From positions 960,001-1,024,000 of the forward strand of contig OZ241456.1 of NCBI GenBank assembly GCA_965200875.1: 64,000 nucleotides of DNA. The letters are read 5' to 3'. The DNA is from Bdellovibrionales bacterium (lineage in GTDB: Bacteria > Bdellovibrionota > Bdellovibrionia > Bdellovibrionales > UBA1609). Below are positions 40,923 through 49,855 of the stretch, piece after piece (position 1 is the first letter of the stretch; each line of letters starts with the position of its first letter). The notes beneath the pieces were generated by a model. It saw only the letters and a list, made by a program, of their open reading frames with translations, was not told the origin of the DNA and ran no database searches. The translations under genes and the position numbers were made by a program.

Positions 40923-41369
40923 ATGGTATTCAAAGTATTTAAAAAACAAAATATATTAAGCTCGATCGTGGAAGATGAAGAACCTTTGGCAAGATATATT
41001 TTTTCCAAGAGTCATTTTAGAAGAGCGAATGGCAGTATTAAATTTCAGGCTTTTATGCCTAACCTTAACCTTGTTAAGAAAACAGTTTCCGTAATCAGAC
41101 ATAAAGATTGTTCTGAAACTTGTCTTTTAAAAATAGGAAAAAATATGGCAACAAAAAGAGGTCACAGTTTAAAAGCTGTTTGTTCTCTATCTGCTAAAAA
41201 TGTGCGTTCTATAGATGGTTTGGATGTGGAGTCAGACACCAGCAGAGGACAGCACCGAAGGCATGCCAATATAATGGGCTTTAATAATTGGATTGATGCA
41301 AAAATCAGACAAATAGCCAAGGAGCTGGCTGAAAAAGCCGATTTATTAAATTTGTCTGATGAGCAATAG
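40923..41369 (+). CDS. Hypothetical protein, possible ART-fold toxin
   Basis: E.LARY...AF.P...SV.R...V..D...HA.I motif layout. Confidence 0.55.
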   Translation: MVFKVFKKQNILSSIVEDEEPLARYIFSKSHFRRANGSIKFQAFMPNLNLVKKTVSVIRHKDCSETCLLKIGKNMATKRGHSLKAVCSLSAKNVRSIDGLDVESDTSRGQHRRHANIMGFNNWIDAKIRQIAKELAEKADLLNLSDEQ

Positions 41370-41432
41370 ATTATATAAGATGAATTGAAGTAATGTGAAC
41401 TAAAGCCTATAATCATATACTGGTTTATTGAT

Positions 41433-42380
41433 ATGGAAAATCTTACAAATCTCAAAGCTATATTGCATTCAAAACGTGCTAATATTTATTATTTGGAAAA
41501 ATGCCGGATAATGCAAAAAGATGGAAGAGTCTTATACTTAACTGAAGACAAACAAAACAAAAAATACTGGAATATTCCTATTGCTAATACCACTGTTATC
41601 CTTCTGGGAACTGGTACTTCCATTACTCAAGCCGCTGTTCGTATGCTGGTCAGTGCTGGAGTCATGATTGGATTTTGTGGAGGAGGAGGAACTCCTTTGC
41701 TGGCGGGCCATGAAATAGAGTGGCTTTCTCCTCAAAGTGAATATCGTCCTACGGAATACATGCAAGGCTGGATGTCTTTTTGGTTTAATGATTCCAAACG
41801 ATTAAATGTCGCTAAAATCATTCAGCTGAGTCGAGTAAAATTTATTAAAAAAGTTTGGGCCAATGATAAAGACTTAAAGGCAGAAGGATTTTATATTGAT
41901 GATATGGATTTCAGCTCAGCACTTAAGAAGTTTGAAACCACTATCTCCAAAGCAGATAGTGTAAGTAATTTACTGTTGATAGAGGGACAGATGGCTAAAG
42001 AGTTATATAAAGCTTCAGCAAAAAGAGTAAAACATAAAGAGTTTACCCGCGACCCTCAATCTGAAGATTTGGCAAATAATTTTTTAAATCATGGTAATTA
42101 TTTAGCCTACGGGTTAGCGGCAACGACTTTATGGGTGTTGGGTATTTCCCATAGTTTTGCGTTGATGCACGGAAAAACCCGGCGTGGTGCTTTGGTTTTT
42201 GATATTGCTGACTTAGTAAAGGATTCTTTGGTTCTTCCTTGGGCTTTCATTTGTGCGAAGGAAAAAATGAGCAATCAGGAATTTCGTCAACAATGTCTTC
42301 AGGCTTTTGCGCAACATAAAGCTCTTGATTATATGTTCAACAAAATTAAAGAAGTAGCTCTTCAGGATCATGGCTTATGA
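41433..42380 (+). CDS. cas1: Type I-F Cas1
   Basis: ILHSKRANIYYLE.CR, WNIPIANTT, SEYRPTEY, HGKTRRGALVFDIAD. Confidence 0.97.
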   Translation: MENLTNLKAILHSKRANIYYLEKCRIMQKDGRVLYLTEDKQNKKYWNIPIANTTVILLGTGTSITQAAVRMLVSAGVMIGFCGGGGTPLLAGHEIEWLSPQSEYRPTEYMQGWMSFWFNDSKRLNVAKIIQLSRVKFIKKVWANDKDLKAEGFYIDDMDFSSALKKFETTISKADSVSNLLLIEGQMAKELYKASAKRVKHKEFTRDPQSEDLANNFLNHGNYLAYGLAATTLWVLGISHSFALMHGKTRRGALVFDIADLVKDSLVLPWAFICAKEKMSNQEFRQQCLQAFAQHKALDYMFNKIKEVALQDHGL

Positions 42381-45300
42381 TGGTTCTCTTTGTCTCTGAA
42401 TGTGAGAAAAATGCCATTAAAAAGACTTGCCGGGTATTGGATGCCTTTGCCAATAGAGTAGGTAGCAGAACATGGCAGACTGTGATTACAATGGAAGGAC
42501 TTTCAGCGGTGAAAACACTATTAAGCAAAACCGCTTCTAGGCATACTGCTGTTTCCTGTCATTGGATACGCCGGCGCAATTATTCTGAATTATTATGGAT
42601 AGTGGGCAATAAAAATAAATTTAATACACAAGGGGAAATTCCTGTAAATTTTACAGAGAAAGACATAATTAAACCAAAATGGGAAAATAACTGGCACTAT
42701 CTGCCTTTAATAAAAGCTCTGACAGCCCTTTCTGCTTTATTTCACGATTGGGGAAAAGCAAATCAGCATTTTCAGAATAAATTAAAAAATCCATCCAAGG
42801 TTGATCCGATACGTCATGAATGGGTTTCTTATATGCTTATAAATGCGTTTGTGCAAACAAGTGGTGATAATAAATCTGATGAAAAGTGGCTGACGGATTT
42901 GGCGAATGGAAAAATTGATGCAAGAAAAATCAAAGATATTTTAAAAAATAATACAGAACACTCCATTAACAAAACCCTACCCGGAGTGGCTGGTTTAATC
43001 AGCTGGGCTGTTATTACGCATCATAAACTGCCATATTTGCCTTTGGATAAAGCTAAAAATCATAGGGAGAATGAGCTAAAAAATATAAATACGCTTTTTG
43101 AAATTATATCAAAAAAATGGGGTTATATAAACCCAGTAGAGCAACAGGAACTTAAGTTTCCCAAAGGTTTTTTGGAAACTTCACCTTATTGGATAAAAAA
43201 ACTACAAAAGTGGGCCTTAAAAACAAAAAACTGTTTACCTTTATTGCAGGAATGTTTATCCAATGGAAGTTGGCCAGTTATTTTGCATTATACACGCTTG
43301 TCTCTAATGTTGGGGGATCACTTTTTTTCATCAAAAGACGCAAACGCAAAATGGCTAGGGAACGCTCAACTATATGCCAATACCAAAAATGTAAAAAATA
43401 AAAACACTAGGGAATATAAACAAAAATTGGATGAGCACCTAACAGGCGTTATGAAAGAAGCTTTAAATATTGCTCATGCGTTACCAAAGGTGGAGTCTCA
43501 ATTACAGAGCTTGCCTGCTCATAAAACCCACATACTAAAAAAGAAAAGTGCCAATAAGTTCAGATGGCAGGACAAAGTTGTGACTACTATAGAGAATTGG
43601 AAAGAAAACACAAATGTATTCAAAACAAATAATCAATATGGTTTTTTTGGCATCAATATAGCCAGCACAGGGACTGGTAAAACTTTTGCCAATGCAAAAA
43701 TTATGTTGTCTCTTTTACAAAATGAAAATGGTTTGCGGTATACTTTAGCACTTGGATTAAGAACACTAACATTGCAGACAGGTGACGAATATAGAAATCG
43801 ATTAAAGCTTGATAAAAATGATATAGCCGTGCAGATAGGCTCAAAAGCGATTATGGAATTACATGAACAAAAAACACAAACAAACATTAAACAAGAACTT
43901 GAAGAGAATATTAACCAAGGTTCAGAGTCCTTGGAAGAACTGTTGCAAGAAGAAATAGATTACGATGATAGCGAATTGGAACAAACAGCTTTTGCCATTG
44001 CTTTAAAAACTGAAAAACAAAAAAAGTTTCTTTATGCACCTGTTCTGGTATGCACTATTGATCTTATAATGTCTGCTACAGAAACCAAAAGAGGTGGGCG
44101 ATATATTCCACCTTGCCTGCGACTTATGTCCTCTGATTTGGTGATCGATGAAATTGATGATTTTAACCAAGGTGATTTAATTGCCATAGGGAGATTAATA
44201 TTCTTAACCGGAATGTTGGGGAGAAAAGTTTTGCTTTCATCTGCCACCATTCCCCCTGCATTGGCAGAAGGATACTTCAATGCTTATCAAAAAGGCTGGT
44301 TGTTGTTTTGTAAAACCAGACCAGCCAGTAAAATAGTGGCCTGCGCATGGGTTGATGAATTTGGAGCTAAGGTTGAAAATATTATTCCACCTTCTGGAAA
44401 TCAAAGTATATCATCTGCTGAAATGTATCGAGCACAACATAAACAATTTGTGGAAAAAAGAGTTAAAAAGCTTAAGACAAAACCTCCAAGAAGAAAAGGT
44501 GAAATCATACGAATTAAAAATATAGAAGTCTCTCAAAATAAGCCTGTTAATAAAGAGAAAAATAACACACCTAAAGAAGAAAAATATTTTCAGTGCATAA
44601 AATCTGCGATTTTAAATATGCATGAAAGACATAAATTCCAAGATAAACAATCACAAAAATCGATAAGCATCGGTTTGGTGCGAATGGCAAATATTAATCC
44701 TTGTATTAAGCTATCAAAGTACTTATTACAAACCAGTTTTTCAACAGACACAGCTATTAAAATAATGACCTACCACAGCCGGCAAATAATGCTGTTACGA
44801 AGTGAACAGGAAAAATATTTGGATGGTATTTTAAAAAACAGAGGTGAAAGTTTAAAAGATCCCGTTATCCGCAAGCACATTGATAACACAAGTGCTGACA
44901 ATATAATATTTGTTGTTTTATCCACTCCGGTCGAAGAGGTGGGGCGCGACCATGATTTTGACTGGGCTGTTGTGGAGCCTTCCTCTCTTAGATCTATTAT
45001 CCAATTAGCAGGACGAGTCAGAAGACACCGAGAAGGTGCTGTTCAATCTGCAAATGTGGCTATTATGCAATATAATCTTAAAGCCATTCAGCAAGGCAAT
45101 ACCCAGCCAGTTTATTGTCGACCAGGTTATGAAAGTGCAAAATTCAAACTGGAAACCCATAATTTAACAAAGCTATTGGATGAAAAAGAAATAGCCAATC
45201 GAATAGATGCTGTTCCACGTATTCAACAACCCGAAAAATTGATTGATTGGAAACAGAGTCTGGCGGAACTGGAACATAAAGTTATTGGTCATTTCCTTAC

Positions 45301-45703
45301 CAACTATACACAAAACGGCCCCGACAGTTTACAAGGTTATATTGAACAGTATTGGCATTTAACAGCTTTGCCTCAAATTCTCAGTCCTTTTAGAAAACAA
45401 CAACCCAGCATCAACCTCTACCTTATACATGAAAATGATGACTTTTATTTTGCCGAGAAAGATAATCGAGGCCACCCAGTAGAAAAAAGTGATATTTATA
45501 AAATAACATATCAGCCTGAAGACACTAATAACCGATTTTGGCTGAACAGAAATTATAAAAAATGCTTAAAAAAACAGGCTGAAAACCAAAACCTTGATCT
45601 AAAAAGTGTTTCATTACGATACGGTGAACTAAGCTTACTGGAAAAAGATGTGTCTCGTGATAAAAAATATCTTGACCAGTTTGGATTGATATATTCAGAT
45701 TAA
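42377..45703 (+). CDS. cas3: Type I-F Cas2-Cas3 fusion
   Basis: N-terminal Cas2-like VSECEK.A...RTWQT.IT.EGL; HD motif FHDWGK; ASTGTGKT; DEID; SAT; QLAGRVRR. Confidence 0.97.
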   Translation: MMVLFVSECEKNAIKKTCRVLDAFANRVGSRTWQTVITMEGLSAVKTLLSKTASRHTAVSCHWIRRRNYSELLWIVGNKNKFNTQGEIPVNFTEKDIIKPKWENNWHYLPLIKALTALSALFHDWGKANQHFQNKLKNPSKVDPIRHEWVSYMLINAFVQTSGDNKSDEKWLTDLANGKIDARKIKDILKNNTEHSINKTLPGVAGLISWAVITHHKLPYLPLDKAKNHRENELKNINTLFEIISKKWGYINPVEQQELKFPKGFLETSPYWIKKLQKWALKTKNCLPLLQECLSNGSWPVILHYTRLSLMLGDHFFSSKDANAKWLGNAQLYANTKNVKNKNTREYKQKLDEHLTGVMKEALNIAHALPKVESQLQSLPAHKTHILKKKSANKFRWQDKVVTTIENWKENTNVFKTNNQYGFFGINIASTGTGKTFANAKIMLSLLQNENGLRYTLALGLRTLTLQTGDEYRNRLKLDKNDIAVQIGSKAIMELHEQKTQTNIKQELEENINQGSESLEELLQEEIDYDDSELEQTAFAIALKTEKQKKFLYAPVLVCTIDLIMSATETKRGGRYIPPCLRLMSSDLVIDEIDDFNQGDLIAIGRLIFLTGMLGRKVLLSSATIPPALAEGYFNAYQKGWLLFCKTRPASKIVACAWVDEFGAKVENIIPPSGNQSISSAEMYRAQHKQFVEKRVKKLKTKPPRRKGEIIRIKNIEVSQNKPVNKEKNNTPKEEKYFQCIKSAILNMHERHKFQDKQSQKSISIGLVRMANINPCIKLSKYLLQTSFSTDTAIKIMTYHSRQIMLLRSEQEKYLDGILKNRGESLKDPVIRKHIDNTSADNIIFVVLSTPVEEVGRDHDFDWAVVEPSSLRSIIQLAGRVRRHREGAVQSANVAIMQYNLKAIQQGNTQPVYCRPGYESAKFKLETHNLTKLLDEKEIANRIDAVPRIQQPEKLIDWKQSLAELEHKVIGHFLTNYTQNGPDSLQGYIEQYWHLTALPQILSPFRKQQPSINLYLIHENDDFYFAEKDNRGHPVEKSDIYKITYQPEDTNNRFWLNRNYKKCLKKQAENQNLDLKSVSLRYGELSLLEKDVSRDKKYLDQFGLIYSD

Positions 45704-45727
45704 GTTTTCGTTGTATTTGATATCGCT

Positions 45728-47044
45728 TTGGAGTTTGTTTTGGATAAAAATATAATAGATTTTGTCAAAGATTTTAAGGATAAGAACCTTGAAAAGTATT
45801 TAAAAAAAGCTCTTAATGGCGCAAATAAAAAAGTAGAAGGATTTGCAGAGCACTTGGAAGATTTTAAAAAGGCTCTGAATGGCCTCAATAAAAAAGAGGC
45901 AGAAGAGCTTTTTTTCTCTGTTTTAAAATATTGGCTAATGGAAAAAAGTCAACTGGCAAAACATTGTAAAAGAGCCAGCCATATTGGAAAATTTACGCAT
46001 CCGGATGCAGATCAAAAATCAGCTGTATTCTTTACAGGTAACAAAAATGTGGATGGTTTTCTGAGAACTGGAAATATAAACACAAAGCTGGATTTTGTGA
46101 GCAGTGCCACTTATGCGAGACTGACAAAGTTTTTAAGCCTGCCTTTAAAAAATCAACAGAACAACAGTATTCTGGAACATTTGGAAAAAAACAGCGAGTA
46201 CATTCAGAATCAGTTTTCATTCTTGAGCGAAACTGAGTACAAAAATATCAGAGAAAACCTGTTAAAGTCCACAAAAACTGATGATGAAATCACTGGCAGT
46301 GAAATCAAACAGGTATATTTTCCTGTTGATAACAGCTATCATTTACTATCTATCCTTACCCCTTCCGGGATTCTCTTAGCTTTAAAAGAAAAAATAAAGG
46401 ATATGCAAATTTCACCGGAATCGAAAAAAGCTAAAGAAGCTAAAAAGAAAGCAGAACAAAGTGAAACCGGCTTTTCTGATATTTACGATCTTACTCTAAT
46501 ATCTTACGGTGGCAGTAATGCACAAAACATAAGTGCTTTATTAGCTCCAAAGCTTAAAAACTCTTATCTGCTATCAAGTATTCCTCCACAAACACATAAG
46601 AAAAAAATCAGATTACCAAAATATGACTTTTTTAAAGATAGCCTCTACATAAAAGGTTTTAAGGATATTTTTCATAGTTTTCATAAACTGCAACAAGCTG
46701 ACTGGAATAATCAAAAAATACGGACAACTCGTGATAATACGATAAAATTTTTTTTGGATCAAGTAGTGGATAGTATGTGGCTTCTGCGTAAAGAAGAACT
46801 AGGCTGGAGTGCTTCCAGAAATAAGTTACCTCTTTATCAAAAAAAATGGCTTGATAATTATTATAAATCAGAAAGAGAATCATCGGCATTTGATAGCAAC
46901 ATGGATAAAGTGATTGACGATATTGCACGAAACTTCATTTTTTCTTACGAGAAAGCCCTTGGCAAAAACAAAATATCTTTGAGTGACCAAATGTTAAAAC
47001 ACATTAAAAATACAATAGAAACCAACAAAGAATCTTTAAGGTAA
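45728..47044 (+). CDS. csy1: Csy1/Cas8f
   Basis: SH..KFTHPD, IKQVYFPV...YHLLS.L.PS, GGSNAQNIS; start may be TTG 45740. Confidence 0.9.
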   Translation: MEFVLDKNIIDFVKDFKDKNLEKYLKKALNGANKKVEGFAEHLEDFKKALNGLNKKEAEELFFSVLKYWLMEKSQLAKHCKRASHIGKFTHPDADQKSAVFFTGNKNVDGFLRTGNINTKLDFVSSATYARLTKFLSLPLKNQQNNSILEHLEKNSEYIQNQFSFLSETEYKNIRENLLKSTKTDDEITGSEIKQVYFPVDNSYHLLSILTPSGILLALKEKIKDMQISPESKKAKEAKKKAEQSETGFSDIYDLTLISYGGSNAQNISALLAPKLKNSYLLSSIPPQTHKKKIRLPKYDFFKDSLYIKGFKDIFHSFHKLQQADWNNQKIRTTRDNTIKFFLDQVVDSMWLLRKEELGWSASRNKLPLYQKKWLDNYYKSERESSAFDSNMDKVIDDIARNFIFSYEKALGKNKISLSDQMLKHIKNTIETNKESLR

Positions 47045-47050
47045 ATTATT

Positions 47051-47983
47051 ATGCTTAGACATTTCATTCTCATAAAAAATATTAAAGTCCAAAAAGCTAA
47101 TGCGCTTTCCAGCCCTTACACAATTGGGTTTCCGGCTATTACCTCTTGGCTGGGGGCGGTTCATGCTCTTCAAAGATATGTAAAAACCAGCCATGAAAAC
47201 TTATCTGAAGTAAAGTTTAAAGCTGTAGGAATCACATGCCATAAATTTCACTTAAACATCTTTAAGGAAAATTATGATAATAATATTATTTTATCAAAAA
47301 ATCCTCCAGCTACGAGAAAAGATGAAAAGTTTGTTAAGAACGAAAAGTCTCAAAACAAAGCTTTCATACCATTAGCCACTTGTGACTTAGATTGTTCTCT
47401 TCTGATTGAACATAACATACAAAATAATAACTGGCCTTTCCTGCGTGAGGCTGTGAATAAAAGCTTGCACGCTAAAATAAAGATAGCTGGAGGTGATATT
47501 CTATCTTTCGAAAAAGTGAATGAAGATGAAATGTTTTTAATAGATGAGCATGACGAATCGGAATTGCGAAAGTTAACCCGAAAGCTTATGCCAAGCTATC
47601 TCATTAAAGAGCGCAGGGACTTAATGATTGATTCCATGAAAGAAAATAATTCTGTTGATGCTATTGACGCTTTGTTAGATCATCTCAAAGTTACGCACTC
47701 TTCCGAGAAAGACAACGAAGGGAATATATACTGGGAGCAAAATCGAAAAGAGCTAGGGTGGATTGTACCTATTGCAACTGGTTTTCAAGGTATTACTGAA
47801 ATTAAAAAAGTAAAGGGACAAAGAGATTTTAATGTTCCTCATCGCTTTGCGGAATCTATTGTCACACTGGGTGAGTTTATCATGCCATATCGCATTCAAC
47901 ATCTGGATGAAATGCTATGGCATTACTGTGTTAACCCGGATAGTAATTTATATATTTGTCAACAAAAAAATAATAACAATTAA
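47051..47983 (+). CDS. csy2: Csy2/Cas5f
   Basis: ANALSSPYTIGFPA.T..LG..HALQR, IAGGDI, HRFAE. Confidence 0.93.
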   Translation: MLRHFILIKNIKVQKANALSSPYTIGFPAITSWLGAVHALQRYVKTSHENLSEVKFKAVGITCHKFHLNIFKENYDNNIILSKNPPATRKDEKFVKNEKSQNKAFIPLATCDLDCSLLIEHNIQNNNWPFLREAVNKSLHAKIKIAGGDILSFEKVNEDEMFLIDEHDESELRKLTRKLMPSYLIKERRDLMIDSMKENNSVDAIDALLDHLKVTHSSEKDNEGNIYWEQNRKELGWIVPIATGFQGITEIKKVKGQRDFNVPHRFAESIVTLGEFIMPYRIQHLDEMLWHYCVNPDSNLYICQQKNNNN

Positions 47984-47994
47984 GGAGGAACAAA

Positions 47995-49080
47995 ATGAAA
48001 AAAATGAAAAAAAATGGACCACCATCTGTATTGGCATTTGAAAAAAACCTAGTGCCTTCAGATGGATTTTTTTATGGAGTAAGTTGGGACAACAGGCATA
48101 ATACGGAAAAATCCAAACCTTTAAAAGTAACAGAGAAAGCTGTAAGAGGCACTATCTCACACAGAATAAATAGCACAAAACAAGAAAAATTGTCTGCTGA
48201 TATTCAAAATCCCAACCTTCAAACAGTTGATGTTTGTCACTTGGGTTTGGAGCAGGACACTTTAAAGTTGGCATTTACCCTTAAAGTGTTGGGAGGCATA
48301 GAAAAACCCTCTGCTTGCAACAACCCTGACTTTGCTCAAAAATGTACTAAAGCCCTTAAAAAATATACTGGAGAATACGGCTTTTTAAAATTAGCTAATC
48401 GCTATGCGCATAATTTAACTTGTGGCAGGTTTTTATGGAGAAATCGAGTTGGTGCTGAAAAAATTGAAGTTCGTATAAAAGTGCTTGGTTCATCCGAAGC
48501 TGAAAGTGATAACATCTCTGAAGAATGGATTGTATTTTCTGCACAGGAAATGGATATGAATGATTTTGATTCAAGCGCGCAAGATGAAAACTTAAAAAAA
48601 ATATCTGAAAAAATTGCCAAAGCCTTTTCCGGTGACAGAAATTTTCTGTTGTTGGAAGTGGAAGCTTATGTGCTATTAGGTAGTAAACAGGAAGTATACC
48701 CAAGTGAAGAATTGGTATTGGAGGACAAAAAAATCTCTAAAAGCTCAAAAAGCAAAGTATTATATTCTGTTGATGAGATTGCCGCCATGCACTCACAAAA
48801 AATTGGAAATGCTTTGCGAACCATTGATACATGGTATCCTGAATTTAATGAACATCAAGTTGGACCTATTGCTATAGAACCGTATGGAGCGGTGACTAAC
48901 TTGGGTAAAGCTTACCGGAATCCCAAAGAAAAATGTGATTTCTACAGCCTGTTTGATAAATGGATATTAACAGATGATAATCTATCAGAAGAAGAGCAAC
49001 ACTATGTGATTGCCGTGCTAATACGAGGTGGTGTTTTCGGAAAAGCATCTGATGACAAAAAATCAAAAGGAGAAGAATAA
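47995..49080 (+). CDS. csy3: Csy3/Cas7f
   Basis: SVLAFE, VRGTIS, NLQTVD, QEVYPSEEL, HSQKIGNALRTIDTWY, RGGVFG. Confidence 0.96.
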   Translation: MKKMKKNGPPSVLAFEKNLVPSDGFFYGVSWDNRHNTEKSKPLKVTEKAVRGTISHRINSTKQEKLSADIQNPNLQTVDVCHLGLEQDTLKLAFTLKVLGGIEKPSACNNPDFAQKCTKALKKYTGEYGFLKLANRYAHNLTCGRFLWRNRVGAEKIEVRIKVLGSSEAESDNISEEWIVFSAQEMDMNDFDSSAQDENLKKISEKIAKAFSGDRNFLLLEVEAYVLLGSKQEVYPSEELVLEDKKISKSSKSKVLYSVDEIAAMHSQKIGNALRTIDTWYPEFNEHQVGPIAIEPYGAVTNLGKAYRNPKEKCDFYSLFDKWILTDDNLSEEEQHYVIAVLIRGGVFGKASDDKKSKGEE

Positions 49081-49661
49081 TGAAGAACTATCAGGAAATC
49101 ACCTTACGCCCGGATACTGAGATTAACAAATATTTCTTGTGGCAAAAGGTATTCAAAAAAGTGCATTTAAGATTTGTGGACTTAAAAGATGATAATGGGA
49201 TGATCAGCATTGGTATTGGTTTTCCAGAATACCAATATAATGATCAAGTAGTGTGCCTTGGGGAAAAATTAAGATTATTTGCCTTGGATGAAGACACATT
49301 AAACAATTGCAATATACAAAAAATCTTGAGTCATTTTTCTGATTATATTCATTGGACAGGCACTCGTGAAGTGCCTGAAAAATGTAGCCATGCCATATAC
49401 TTGAGACAACAGCCTCAGTCCAGCATGCTCAGAACAGCTCGGCGAAAAGCCAAACGAGAGGGCCTTTCGTATGATGAAGCTTTAAAGAAACTAAAAGGTT
49501 TTAATGAGCAAAAAATAAAAGCACCATATATTAATATTAAAAGCCACAGTTCAGGACATCAATTTCGATTGTTTATTGTTAAAAAAACAGTGTCGCAAGC
49601 TGTAACAGGACTATTTAATTGCTATGGGCTGAGTACTCAATCAACAGTTCCTGAGTTTTGA
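49080..49661 (+). CDS. csy4: Csy4/Cas6f
   Basis: Y.EITL.PD.E, FPEY, S.SSG..F.LF, F..YGLS...TVP.F. Confidence 0.95.
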   Translation: MKNYQEITLRPDTEINKYFLWQKVFKKVHLRFVDLKDDNGMISIGIGFPEYQYNDQVVCLGEKLRLFALDEDTLNNCNIQKILSHFSDYIHWTGTREVPEKCSHAIYLRQQPQSSMLRTARRKAKREGLSYDEALKKLKGFNEQKIKAPYINIKSHSSGHQFRLFIVKKTVSQAVTGLFNCYGLSTQSTVPEF

Positions 49662-49734
49662 CCTTTATTCAACCGGATTCCCGTCCAGATCATCTTTACG
49701 GATCAACAGTTTCTGAGTTTTGACCTTTATTCAA
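49640..49734. repeat. 33-bp direct repeat (1 mismatch) flanking a 29-bp insert
   Basis: atcaacagttYctgagttttgacctttattcaa at 49640-49672 and 49702-49734. Confidence 0.9.
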
Positions 49735-49855
49735 TCTCTCTATTTTTTAGATCAATAAAATCAAGCACTTACAAAAGTTTATAAAACACAAGGTTATTTT
49801 AAGAATAATTAATGTAAATTACTGTTATCTTTGATAAAATGTATTATCAAGGTCT
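49720..49855 (+). promoter_or_regulatory. CRISPR leader with IHF site
   Basis: AT-rich; AATCAAgcacTTA at 49759-49771 fits WATCAAN4TTR, flanked by ACCTT...AAGGT inverted motifs. Confidence 0.75.

Noticed and set aside
41433..49661. CAST (Tn7-associated I-F3) interpretation of the mobile-looking CRISPR locus
   Set aside because: Cas1 and intact Cas2-3 are present, cas8f and cas5f are unfused, and there is no tnsABC/tniQ.
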